Origin: a virus
Taxonomy: Duplodnaviria > Heunggongvirae > Uroviricota > Caudoviricetes
DNA: 64,000 bases
Virus record (IMG/VR): IMGVR_UViG_3300047558_000092
Direction: 5' to 3' (one strand)
How positions within the stretch are numbered: the stretch's first letter is position 1; each line of letters begins with the position of its first letter. Positions 48,610 to 57,953 of the stretch are shown here, one piece after another. The notes under the pieces were generated by a model. It was not told the origin of the DNA. It saw only the letters and a program-made list of their open reading frames with translations, and ran no database searches. Made by a program: the position numbers and the translations under genes.

Positions 48610-48900
48610 ATGTCAAACAAAACTTACAAATTCTACGCAGATGCTGGTCACGGTTGGTTGGCTGTAAAAACCTCAGAATTGCACGAGTTAGGTATCTTCA
48701 GTGATATCACCTTGTACAGTTATATCAAAGGTCAAACTACGTATCTTGAAGAAGACTACGACATGTACTTGTTCTCAAAAGCCTACGAAGCAAAGTACGG
48801 TAAGAAGCCTGACTATGTTTACAAGAATGTAGGTGATGTAAGCCCTATCCGAAGCTATCAACGCTTTCCCTCTCAAGTCCGTAACTATAAAGGAATGTAA
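48610..48900 (+). CDS. hypothetical protein
   Basis: start set at MSNKTYKFYADAGHGWLAV (GGAG RBS). Confidence 0.45.
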   Translation: MSNKTYKFYADAGHGWLAVKTSELHELGIFSDITLYSYIKGQTTYLEEDYDMYLFSKAYEAKYGKKPDYVYKNVGDVSPIRSYQRFPSQVRNYKGM

Positions 48901-48901
48901 T

Positions 48902-49285
48902 ATGTCAGTTAAAATCAAGTATAAAATCTCAGATATCTTGCATGATGCAGCGGATAAAGAGTTGGCACATAATCAAGAAACATATTGGTGTTCTGATAGT
49001 GCAATACGTAAGGCAAGTCTTGAGCGCTTCTCATGCTGTGCTATTGATAATGCTGTGAGTAAATTTTTGGATAAAAAATATCCACAGTGGAATTGGATTC
49101 ATAGGGATAATATTCGAGAGAATATCTTTGAAGATATTAAGAAGGGTTTAGAAACTATGGGTTTAGATGTTAACTCTACTCGTGCATTTGGTAAGGAACC
49201 TGATAATGTATGTCCAGATATTCAAGGGCAGCGTTACTTCTGGTTGAAGTGGGCAGCTTTGATGGCAGAAGAACAAGGGGTGTAA
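48902..49285 (+). CDS. hypothetical protein
   Basis: 127 aa ORF. Confidence 0.4.
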   Translation: MSVKIKYKISDILHDAADKELAHNQETYWCSDSAIRKASLERFSCCAIDNAVSKFLDKKYPQWNWIHRDNIRENIFEDIKKGLETMGLDVNSTRAFGKEPDNVCPDIQGQRYFWLKWAALMAEEQGV

Positions 49286-49286
49286 T

Positions 49287-49547
49287 ATGCAACCGCATAA
49301 ACGAGAAACATGGACTGTTGAATATGGTGAACTTACTGAAGATGTACGTATGTCTTATTATCGTGGCTATTGGGATGATACTGGACCTGCAATGGACGAA
49401 TATGATGTACCTGCTGGTACAACTGTACGCATCGTCATGGTGAGCCGTTTTGGTGATGTAGGTATCACTGAAAAACTGGATAGAGAAGCTGGCTATGGTA
49501 AACGTTTGGATATTAGCAAACTTGCTAATTTACGAAAGGTGCTATAA
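49287..49547 (+). CDS. hypothetical protein
   Basis: 86 aa ORF. Confidence 0.4.
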   Translation: MQPHKRETWTVEYGELTEDVRMSYYRGYWDDTGPAMDEYDVPAGTTVRIVMVSRFGDVGITEKLDREAGYGKRLDISKLANLRKVL

Positions 49548-49735
49548 TGAAACTCTCGGACCAGTATTTTCTATATATGATTACAGGTAATGATGATGCT
49601 GCTTACCATATGGAATGCCAATACGGGTTAGATGGATATTCGCCAGCTTTGGTTTCTGTAATTTTCAATGCAATAGATAAAGGAGAAGATGTAGATGACG
49701 CAATCGAGCGATACACAACTGAATGCAATTCGTGA
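49547..49735 (+). CDS. hypothetical protein
   Basis: 62 aa ORF. Confidence 0.35.
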   Translation: MKLSDQYFLYMITGNDDAAYHMECQYGLDGYSPALVSVIFNAIDKGEDVDDAIERYTTECNS

Positions 49736-49988
49736 GTTACGCGACAAGCTCGACCCTAGCAGTATTGAGCGTATTGCTTTGACTAAAGCTATTACTAAGT
49801 ACGAGCATCAAGAAAATAAAATACTTGTGCATGATACGTTAGTGTACACTGCACCTAAGAATTTCTATTCTATGTTTTTGGATGCTCTGCAAGCAGAAGA
49901 GGACCATATTAAATACATTAACCGTATTAAATATCTAATTTTTGGTGCATATGCATTGTTTGTTCTTTACATGTTAATGGGGTACTGA
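49695..49988 (+). CDS. hypothetical protein with C-terminal TM helix
   Basis: 97 aa ORF. Confidence 0.35.
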   Translation: MTQSSDTQLNAIRELRDKLDPSSIERIALTKAITKYEHQENKILVHDTLVYTAPKNFYSMFLDALQAEEDHIKYINRIKYLIFGAYALFVLYMLMGY

Positions 49989-50185
49989 TGACATTCCGAA
50001 TCATTCGCAAGACAATTGAAGGCTACGAACCAGCATACTACTTTCAAGAACGCTATTTCGGTTTTTGGTGGTGTACACTAGCATGGGGCGTAGATTATGA
50101 GCATATCAAACAAGTAGCTGAAAAGCATTTGTATAATTTGCGTAATCATACCGAAGATAAGGTACTATGGGAGGCTAAATTATGA
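49988..50185 (+). CDS. hypothetical protein
   Basis: 65 aa ORF. Confidence 0.35.
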   Translation: MTFRIIRKTIEGYEPAYYFQERYFGFWWCTLAWGVDYEHIKQVAEKHLYNLRNHTEDKVLWEAKL

Positions 50186-50427
50186 GTCATGAACTAGCAG
50201 AGACTGAATGGAAAGGTATGCCTGAATTCGTACAGGAAAAGCAGGAACCATTTGCTAAAATTAATGTACGATTTCGTAATCAAGCTGACCTAGACGAGTT
50301 TGCAGCATTGATTGGTCAAAAGCTTACGCCTAAGACTAAGAGTATCTGGCATCCATTCTTAGAGCGAGGTATCAACGCGAATAAAAGGTATGTAGATGAC
50401 ACGGAGGGACACGCAAGTGAATCCTAA
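50182..50427 (+). CDS. hypothetical protein
   Basis: 81 aa ORF. Confidence 0.35.
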   Translation: MSHELAETEWKGMPEFVQEKQEPFAKINVRFRNQADLDEFAALIGQKLTPKTKSIWHPFLERGINANKRYVDDTEGHASES

Positions 50428-51283
50428 ATATCCTATTTACATTGTATCTAAGGGTAGAGCGCATACACGACTAACTAGTAAGGCTCTAGAACGCACGAGA
50501 GTACCCTACAGCATCGTTGTTGAAGAGCAGGAATACCTAGAGTACTCCAAGGTGATTGACCCCTCTAAAATCCTTGTTTTACCACAGAGCTGGTTAGATG
50601 AGTATGATACTTGTGATAGTTTAGGCTCAACACTCAGTAAGGGACCCGGTGCGGCTCGTAACTTCTGCTGGTGGCATGCCAAACACCGAGGGTTCAAACG
50701 TCATTGGGTTATGGACGATAACCTAGACGCTTTCCATCGACTGAACCATAACATGAAAGTTGTGGTAGAAACTGGGGCTTGCTTTGCTGCAGCCGAGGAT
50801 TTTGTTGACCGTTATACCAATGTGCCATTAGCTGGTTTTAACTACTATTCGTTTGCAAAGGCAACAGATAGAGTAGCACCTTTTATTACAAACACACGAA
50901 TCTATTCATGTCTCTTAATTGAGAATTCTGCACCTTATCAGTGGCGTGGTAGATACAATGAAGATACGGACTTATCCCTACGTATGTTGAAAGATGGATG
51001 GTGTACAATTCAATTCAATGCATTCTTGCAGGGTAAGGTAACTACTCAACGTATGAGGGGTGGTAATACTGAAGAGTTCTATCGTCACGAAGGCACTAAG
51101 AACAAATCACAAATGCTGGTAGACTTACATCCTGATGTAACTAAGCTTGTATGGAAATTTAATCGGTGGCATCATCAAGTTGATTATCGTCCGTTTAAAA
51201 ATAATCTGTTGATTAGACGCGAAGGACTAGAAATTCCTGATACAATCAACAACTATGGAATGAAACTAATCGAAAGGTCTTAA
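50396..51283 (+). CDS. hypothetical protein, possible GT-A-fold glycosyltransferase
   Basis: 295 aa; N-terminal YPIYIVSKGR beta-strand/Rossmann start and a VMDDNL DxD-like motif; weak. Confidence 0.35.
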   Translation: MTRRDTQVNPKYPIYIVSKGRAHTRLTSKALERTRVPYSIVVEEQEYLEYSKVIDPSKILVLPQSWLDEYDTCDSLGSTLSKGPGAARNFCWWHAKHRGFKRHWVMDDNLDAFHRLNHNMKVVVETGACFAAAEDFVDRYTNVPLAGFNYYSFAKATDRVAPFITNTRIYSCLLIENSAPYQWRGRYNEDTDLSLRMLKDGWCTIQFNAFLQGKVTTQRMRGGNTEEFYRHEGTKNKSQMLVDLHPDVTKLVWKFNRWHHQVDYRPFKNNLLIRREGLEIPDTINNYGMKLIERS

Positions 51284-51284
51284 C

Positions 51285-51503
51285 ATGAAACAAACTACAT
51301 TCGAAGTTACGATGGAAACTCGTGCATATAATGCTATTGGTATCTTTGAGAAGAAACGAATCAAGGTGTGTGCAGAAACTTCACAAGAAGCTACGTGCAA
51401 AGCTTTACAATATGCTAAAATGCTGGAGTTAGAAACCCGATTTGTTTTGTCGGTTATTGAAACACCAGATGAAGTATGCTATACTCACCACTACAACAAC
51501 TGA
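51285..51503 (+). CDS. hypothetical protein
   Basis: 72 aa ORF. Confidence 0.35.
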   Translation: MKQTTFEVTMETRAYNAIGIFEKKRIKVCAETSQEATCKALQYAKMLELETRFVLSVIETPDEVCYTHHYNN

Positions 51504-51512
51504 AAGGAAACT

Positions 51513-51734
51513 ATGACTTTAACTAACGAACAAAAACTCGCCTTTACCGTATTCGGTATGATGATTGCATCTGAGCCTGAGCTTCTTCTGGAACATATGT
51601 CTAATAAGAAATTAGTTGCTTTATGTGGCGATGTATCTGACTACATTAGCCCTCTTGTAAATGATGATATTGATTTGGTTACACCAGCTATTTCTGTGTT
51701 ACAATCTCTTATCGAACAACTTAAGAAAGACTAA
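51513..51734 (+). CDS. hypothetical protein
   Basis: 73 aa ORF. Confidence 0.35.
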   Translation: MTLTNEQKLAFTVFGMMIASEPELLLEHMSNKKLVALCGDVSDYISPLVNDDIDLVTPAISVLQSLIEQLKKD

Positions 51735-51735
51735 C

Positions 51736-52020
51736 ATGCTCGTCAAAGCTCCGAAGTGCGAAGTAAATGCTGGCTCAAACTATGACCGTACTGGTCAATG
51801 GGTTATTGCTAAATATCTTAATTGTGCTTGGGTAACAGGCATTGTACAAGATAGCCGTGTGAAATATGGTGGCAAAGTACAGCACAGCATTATCTCTGAT
51901 TCTCCTACGTTTATTGGAGGTGGAGATAGCAAAGGTAATCGTACTGAAGAGTTGCGTGAAATTGGCTCAACTTTTCTAGTTGAAGAACAGCATCTAATGA
52001 TTGCACAAAAGGAGTTTTGA
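51736..52020 (+). CDS. hypothetical protein
   Basis: start set at MLVKAPKCEV. Confidence 0.35.
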   Translation: MLVKAPKCEVNAGSNYDRTGQWVIAKYLNCAWVTGIVQDSRVKYGGKVQHSIISDSPTFIGGGDSKGNRTEELREIGSTFLVEEQHLMIAQKEF

Positions 52021-52021
52021 T

Positions 52022-52210
52022 ATGAAACGTAATGAAGTGGCTATTATGATTTGGAGTGTAATACTAGGTGCTATACTCATGTCAGGTATGCTTAATTTAT
52101 CAGAACCGAAGTGGATTGACAATGCTCGTAAAGCTAAGGCTGAATGCGAGGAAAATATTCCACGTAAAGAGGTATGTGTAGCAGTGTTCTTGCCACGTTC
52201 GAAGGATTGA
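52022..52210 (+). CDS. small membrane protein
   Basis: start set at MKRNEVAIMIWSV. Confidence 0.3.
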   Translation: MKRNEVAIMIWSVILGAILMSGMLNLSEPKWIDNARKAKAECEENIPRKEVCVAVFLPRSKD

Positions 52211-52375
52211 TATGCAAATGAAAATCGGTGGTTTGTATAAATGGAAGCATGACGTTCAACAGCTAATCTACTTAGGTAGATACGGCAGTTGGCATCAGTT
52301 TGCACTTGCAGCTGTACCAGAGCATGTTTGGTGTGAAGTACTTACTCAAGATTTACACATGTTGGAGGCTATCTA

Positions 52376-52840
52376 ATGCACGAACTAATTCAAGAACTTA
52401 AAGAAAAATCCGTTGTGGAATACCCAATGGGTTTTGATGGTGTTAAGTATGTATTTTCACCAGAGCTATTTGCTGAGTTAATAGTTAGGGAATGTGCTAA
52501 ATTTATGGACGAAAATTCTGGCTATAGTGCTACCAATGGTTGTTGGTTTCCAGAACCAGAAGATATGTTAAAACATTTTGGAGTTGAAGTACCAGAACCA
52601 AAGACTCAAGGAATCGATTTAAACGACCCTAGCTGGCGTAAACTTTTAGGTTTGAATAGACGAGTACTAACTCCATCAGAATCAGCTGCATTCATATCTA
52701 AAATCACTGGAGAAGATTTGGCTCCGTTGTACTCAACTAACAATCAACGTAGTATCACAGAAGTGTATGATATTGACGGTGTAAAATTTCATGTAAACTA
52801 CCTTGATGAAGGTGAAATGATTGTGGAGGAAATGCTATGA
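52376..52840 (+). CDS. hypothetical protein
   Basis: 154 aa ORF. Confidence 0.45.
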   Translation: MHELIQELKEKSVVEYPMGFDGVKYVFSPELFAELIVRECAKFMDENSGYSATNGCWFPEPEDMLKHFGVEVPEPKTQGIDLNDPSWRKLLGLNRRVLTPSESAAFISKITGEDLAPLYSTNNQRSITEVYDIDGVKFHVNYLDEGEMIVEEML

Positions 52841-52995
52841 ATGATACGTTTTATGCAGGTGTAATCATCTTTGCTATTGCTTTTGGTAGTGCTGGAGCTG
52901 CAGCTGGATGGGGCTTCTTTGGTTTGATGCTCATGTTTGGTGGGCTAGTTCGCTACTTTGATAATAACCACAAGGTTTACTCGGATAAGAACGCA

Positions 52996-53017
52996 GACTA
53001 AAAATCCGTGTTATACT
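52996..53017 (+). promoter_or_regulatory. phage promoter (AGACTAAAAATCCGTGTTATACT), duplicate of the 47240 element including the RBS cassette
   Basis: near-identical 25 nt motif; downstream cttaacaaggagttgatATG is identical to that at 47318..47334. Confidence 0.5.
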
Positions 53018-53042
53018 TCATGCAACTTAACAAGGAGTTGAT

Positions 53043-53231
53043 ATGCAAGTTTTTATCGTAAGTATTGAATCAGAGCGTGAAGGTGTATTTTGTTGGGATG
53101 TTGACCGAGTATTCTCTACAATGGATTCAGCTAAAGCTTATATTGCTGAACGTCAATTGCAGTATCGCTCTGGTCGCTTTCCACAACTTTGCCCAGAATT
53201 TGACATTGAAGTAGAAGAAGTTTACGCTTAA
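53043..53231 (+). CDS. hypothetical protein
   Basis: 62 aa ORF. Confidence 0.4.
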   Translation: MQVFIVSIESEREGVFCWDVDRVFSTMDSAKAYIAERQLQYRSGRFPQLCPEFDIEVEEVYA

Positions 53232-53243
53232 TTGTGTTATACT
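53232..53243 (+). promoter_or_regulatory. extended -10 promoter element TGTGTTATACT
   Basis: 30 nt upstream of the ATG at 53274. Confidence 0.4.
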
Positions 53244-53273
53244 TTCAACATCGACAAACACTAGGAGTTACAA

Positions 53274-53705
53274 ATGGCTTGGGTTCAAAAATCTACAATT
53301 GACAAAGTTCGCTCTGGTCTGAAAATTCTCAATAAAGAGTACGGCATGAAGACTACCGTATCTGGTACGAATAGCAGCAGCTTGAAGGTTCGTATTCTTT
53401 CAGGTAAGATTGATTTTATTCAGAACCGTATCGATATGCTAACTAATGACCCTCGTTATACAGAAGCAGAAAAAGCTCATAACATTCAGTACATGACTGA
53501 ATTCAATTCAGGTATTCAGGTCAATCACTACTGGCTTGATACGGCATTCTCTGGCATTGCATTGGAGTATCTGGAGAAGGTCAAAGCTATCATGTCAGTA
53601 GACCATTGGGATAAGTCAGACATTCAATCTGATTATTTTCATTGTGCTTACTACATGAATATTGACATTGGTAAGTGGGATAAGCCCTACGAATTGACTA
53701 ACTAA
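53274..53705 (+). CDS. hypothetical protein
   Basis: 143 aa ORF. Confidence 0.45.
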   Translation: MAWVQKSTIDKVRSGLKILNKEYGMKTTVSGTNSSSLKVRILSGKIDFIQNRIDMLTNDPRYTEAEKAHNIQYMTEFNSGIQVNHYWLDTAFSGIALEYLEKVKAIMSVDHWDKSDIQSDYFHCAYYMNIDIGKWDKPYELTN

Positions 53706-54336
53706 GGAGTATTTATGTATTTGATTAATTTGTTCTTCTGTTTCTTAGCTGTGTTTTTCATGGTAGAATGTAAAGATAATCGTGCATTGTTCTGGTTGAA
53801 TGCTTTATCTTTGGTATTGAACTTTGCAGCTTTTGCTATGGGAGTGCTTGTATAATGAAGAACTGTCAAAACTGTAAGTTTCATTCACAAGGTATCGGTG
53901 CAGTAACTGCTAATGGTACTAAGTGGATGTGGCAAGAGTGCAGTAAGAATTGGGGTAAGCCTACACCTATTGGAGTTCTCAAAAACTTATGTGGGTTATG
54001 GCAAACAAAAGGAGATAAGTAATATGGGTTCAGGTTCTAAGTTTCGGTCCGATAGTGACTATACCTTCATTGCATTCGGCTTGGCGATTATACCTAAGGG
54101 TGAGCATGCGTTGAGTATTCATATTAATCTAGTCTTCTGGCATTTCTATTTTGGATTTGGTAAGGGCTATGACGAATAACTTAGTAAGGTAAACTGACTA
54201 TAAATACCTTGATTATCCGATAGTTAAATGCTATAATAGTTAAGCAATAGTTAAAGAAGTCATGAACTTTAATGATAAGAGCAGCTTTCCGTGGCTGCTT
54301 TTTGCTTTTCTATTACGGGTATTTATCGGAGAATAT

Positions 54337-54816
54337 ATGAAGAAATGTAGTTGCTGTAGAATTGAAAAACCTTTTACTGAGTTTCATAAGAATAAATCAG
54401 CTAAATCTGGTTATTCTAATTACTGTATCGAGTGCAGGAAGCTTACTAGAAATAACCCTAGAGGTACAAGACAAGCACTTGATGTGTTTGACCAAACTAG
54501 AGGGAATCATGTAGTATACCAATTCTATGATGTAAATGATGAATGTATTTATGTAGGTCAAACTGTAAATTTTATCAGGCGGTTGAACGATCATAAAGTT
54601 AGTAAGGTATTTTATAATCAAATTACAAAAATAGTGTGTAATATTGTAGAATCTTATCCAGACATGATATTCTTAGAGGCGCAATTAATTATAGAGATTA
54701 AACCAAAATATAATAAACAAGTTATTGGAGCTATTGCATCAAAATCAAAAATCTATGTAGCTAAAATAGTTGAGTACGATATTGAAGGTGTCGAACTAAA
54801 ACGTAAAACAATTTAA
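54337..54816 (+). CDS. GIY-YIG homing endonuclease
   Basis: start set at MKKCSCC; N-terminal Cys cluster, then VYQFYDVNDECIYVGQTVNFIRRLNDHK GIY-YIG core. Confidence 0.6.
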   Translation: MKKCSCCRIEKPFTEFHKNKSAKSGYSNYCIECRKLTRNNPRGTRQALDVFDQTRGNHVVYQFYDVNDECIYVGQTVNFIRRLNDHKVSKVFYNQITKIVCNIVESYPDMIFLEAQLIIEIKPKYNKQVIGAIASKSKIYVAKIVEYDIEGVELKRKTI

Positions 54817-54953
54817 AAATCCACGCACCCCTTTCGGAATTAAAAAGCCGTGAGGGGTTTTGTTTTGCCTAAAAATTCTATTCTACCAAAAAGCCGCGAT
54901 TAAACCAAAAACCCACGTGCCATTTGGTGAAATAAAATCAGTCTAATGCTCAA

Positions 54954-55031
54954 ATTTTGCGCCGAAATTTTGCATCGTGAAACGCGATTTTGCATTGTGA
55001 AATTAACCGTTTTACATCGTGAAAAATAGCC
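54954..55031. repeat. AT-rich iteron set: about 3.5 copies of a ~22 bp unit ATTTTGCATCGTGAAA
   Basis: attttgcgccga / aattttgcatcgtgaaacgcg / attttgcattgtgaaattaacc / gttttacatcgtgaaaaatagcc. Confidence 0.6.
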
Positions 55032-55066
55032 GTAACTTGTTGATTTTAAACGATTTTATGGCCACA

Positions 55067-55416
55067 GGTGACCAGCGCCTGAACCAGCAGCGAAGCGGTA
55101 AAGGTAACCAGCAGAGGAAACCAGCGAAGGTGACCAGCGCCTGAACCAGCAGCGAAGCGGTAAAGGTAACCAGCAGAGGAAACCAGCGAAGGTGACCAGC
55201 GCCTGAACCAGTACAGGTAACCAGCAGAGGAAATCAGCGAAGGTGACCAGCAGAGGAAACCAGCGAAGGTGACCAGCGCCTGAACCAGTACAGGTAACCA
55301 GCAGAGGAAATCAGCGAAGGTGACCAGCAGAGGAAACCAGCGAAGGTGACCAGCGAAGGTGACCAGCGCCTGAACCAGTACAGGTAACCAGCGAAGGTGA
55401 CCAGCAGAGGAAACCA
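55067..55416. repeat. complex tandem repeat array built from GGTGACCAGC / GGTAACCAGC modules (two perfect 62 bp units, then 51/26/13 bp variants)
   Basis: 55067..55128 and 55129..55190 are identical; GGTGACCAGC occurs 9 times; the minus-strand ORF 55046..55426 is a translation artefact of the repeats. Confidence 0.7.
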
Positions 55417-55890
55417 AAGAACACAAACAAACTAAAATCTAGTACTTTTATTTGCAGAATACCGATAGATTTTATTTATTGCACCGATAGAAAATATTTA
55501 TGATGAAAGTGGTTTTATCTGGTTTTATTTGCCATAATAGAGGCACTCAAACAAATCAACCACAGGAAAAATAAACCATGTTTATGCTCAAAGTATCAGC
55601 CGCAATGATTATCGGGGCAGGTGTAATGCTCACAGGGGCAGCGCAGGGGAGCGCCTTAATTATGGCCGCACCATTTATCATTTTAATGACAATCATTTGC
55701 GTGAAAGGTTAAGCATGAAAACCAAGATTTTAAACGCCGTTATTTTCGCCGCATCATTCGCCGTGATTCTCGCATGTATGCTAGAATACTTTGATTGTCT
55801 CACACGTTAAATTGTCAGTTATAGCCCCTGATTCAAGCGGGAGCTATAGCGGGTAATTTCACCCGATATTGTCTCACAGGAATAAACACC

Positions 55891-56223
55891 ATGACAAACG
55901 AAACCAGCACCACAGCAGCAGCCGCCACCGTTACAGCACCAGCACCAGCGAAGCAGCCGCAGCGATACACAAAAACGGTTTTTATCACAGGCACAAAACA
56001 GGCCGAACAATTCGCCGCGCTCCGTGTCGGTCAGTGGGTCCACGGGTTAAGCCTTAACGGACAATCAGGGCTTTACAGGGGCCAGTTTTTGGGCTTTGAT
56101 AACGTGGGTTTACCCGTGGTAAATTTCCGCATGGATAACACCCCGAACCGCCTACAATGGCGCGAACAGTTCGCAAGTAATAAGCCCCTGCGAACCTTCG
56201 CCAAGATTAAGAGCACAATCTAA
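55891..56223 (+). CDS. hypothetical protein in the high-GC island
   Basis: 110 aa, Ala/Thr-rich N-terminus; GC-rich codon usage unlike the rest of the window. Confidence 0.4.
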   Translation: MTNETSTTAAAATVTAPAPAKQPQRYTKTVFITGTKQAEQFAALRVGQWVHGLSLNGQSGLYRGQFLGFDNVGLPVVNFRMDNTPNRLQWREQFASNKPLRTFAKIKSTI

Positions 56224-56237
56224 ACTAGGGGCATAAC

Positions 56238-56426
56238 ATGAAGCGAATCATTCTCACAATTCATGCAGACGGAACAGCCACCGCGAAGGGCTTATTTATT
56301 GACGCGCGGGAAAGTGTAAACAGCTTAAACCGTACATATAAAACCGAAGCCCAAGCACTGCAAGATTTTGCAGACATGCGCGACCGTGACTGTGAATTCT
56401 CTTTTACAGTTAGCCGCAAGGTTTAA
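56238..56426 (+). CDS. hypothetical protein (high-GC island)
   Basis: 62 aa ORF. Confidence 0.35.
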   Translation: MKRIILTIHADGTATAKGLFIDARESVNSLNRTYKTEAQALQDFADMRDRDCEFSFTVSRKV

Positions 56427-56505
56427 CAGCCTTACAACGCCCCGAAGCTTGACCACCTAGGGGTTAGCCTACCAACTCGACCAATAAACAACCAGAGCCG
56501 ACAAA

Positions 56506-57180
56506 ATGACAACATATAAAACCTTTGAAATTGTAGACCTCAGCAAGAAACAAGCGCAGAGCGTATGCGGTAGCCTTACCACAACCAGTAAGATGCCTTG
56601 TAAGTCGTACAGTTTACCGACTGAAGCGTGCAAAACGGGTTACAAAATGGCTCAAATTAGCGGCAGTATTTGCGCTTCATGTTATGCGGATAAAGGGAAT
56701 TATGCGCGATATGCTAACGGCATAAAACCCGCGCAATTCGCCCGACTTGATGCAATTATGCACCCTTACTGGATTAGCGGTATTATCGCCCTCATTGGCT
56801 CAGACGCTTATTTTAGGTGGCATGATAGCGGAGATTTACAGAGCTTAGAGCATCTAGAGCAAATCGCAGAGGTTGCCAAGTTGACCCCTAATTGTCAGCA
56901 TTGGCTACCGACTAGGGAATACGGCATTGTAAAAGCGTATATTGAGAAACACGGCAAACCGCCCTTTAATCTGACAATTCGACTATCGGCAATGTATGCA
57001 GATAAACCCGTTATTATCCCTAAATCTTTGCAGAATATCCAAGGGGTAACAGCTTCAAACGTACACACCAAGGGCAAGACCGTAAGCGGTACACAGTGCA
57101 AAAGTACAGAGCAACAAGGAGAGTGTAGAGAATGCCGCCTATGCTGGACGGGTGAAATTGTCAGTTATCAGATGCACTAA
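56506..57180 (+). CDS. Cys-rich hypothetical protein (high-GC island)
   Basis: 224 aa with several Cys clusters (CGS...C, CASCYADKGNY, CRECRLC). Confidence 0.4.
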   Translation: MTTYKTFEIVDLSKKQAQSVCGSLTTTSKMPCKSYSLPTEACKTGYKMAQISGSICASCYADKGNYARYANGIKPAQFARLDAIMHPYWISGIIALIGSDAYFRWHDSGDLQSLEHLEQIAEVAKLTPNCQHWLPTREYGIVKAYIEKHGKPPFNLTIRLSAMYADKPVIIPKSLQNIQGVTASNVHTKGKTVSGTQCKSTEQQGECRECRLCWTGEIVSYQMH

Positions 57181-57339
57181 AGGGCTCAATTATGCGTTAT
57201 ATACTGATTCTGGTTTCATTCTGGTTTATATTGTGGTGCATTGTGCTAGGTGTATGCTTATTGGCATATAGCCGCGCCTATACCGCGCAACAGTTACGCC
57301 TATTTAACCCGCCTTAATAGCCGCGCCTTATACGCGCAT

Positions 57340-57372
57340 AAAACCCGCCCCTAATAAGGCGGGTATTTTTTC
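57340..57372 (+). terminator. rho-independent terminator
   Basis: cccgcc-cctaataa-ggcggg hairpin followed by tatttttt. Confidence 0.55.
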
Positions 57373-57920
57373 GCCCCTATAATTTGCAATAATCGGACAT
57401 AATAGCGGGTATTTAATAGGGGGCTAGATAGCTTGGGGGTTTAATGATTCGCATGGAGTGCTATACAAAGCCCCGCGCATAAGTACCAAACGATAACCCA
57501 ACGATATAACGCGCATATAATCGGACGCATAATAGGGCGTAAAAAAATTGCTCTTCTCCGATTAGGTTATTGTTTATAGTTACGTCAGAACTACCCTTAT
57601 TGAACGGATATTTTAGAATCGTATAATCAGTGGTAAATCCACCATAGCGGCCTATCAAGCACCCATGACTACCTGCAATAATATTCCATTTACCTGTCAT
57701 TCATGCAATAAAATTTCACCGTATAGAATCAAAGTATTAACAGCTCAAATAACAACCCTAAAGCTGCTTAAACGTACATAAAAGGTCATTAAACACCCAT
57801 TGTAACGCACCAGAACGCTCTGTAGCAGCTTATAATCCAACGGACGACTCAATGTACAGGAAACACATATAACTCGTTGTAGGCCGTTTAAATCGGCCCG
57901 ATATATTTAGACGTAAAAAT

Positions 57921-57953
57921 AGCCCTAGGGACGTTAATCCGAAGGGCTAAAAT
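57921..57953 (-). terminator. terminator at the end of the minus-strand ClpP/PhoH unit (hairpin usable in both directions)
   Basis: agccct-agggacgttaatccga-agggct hairpin flanked by A/T runs. Confidence 0.45.

Noticed and set aside
53702-53884. 60 aa minus-strand ORF
   Set aside because: Opposite to the densely packed plus-strand early genes and overlapping a plus-strand small membrane ORF; no RBS.
55067-55416. Possible CRISPR array
   Set aside because: Repeats are nested, of variable length, and directly abutting without unique spacers of constant size; no cas genes or leader.
55046-55426. 126 aa minus-strand ORF with internally repeated peptide (AGHLRW...LVQALVTFAG...)
   Set aside because: It is the translation of the tandem DNA repeat array; the periodic peptide is a by-product of the nucleotide repeats, and no RBS or context supports a gene.
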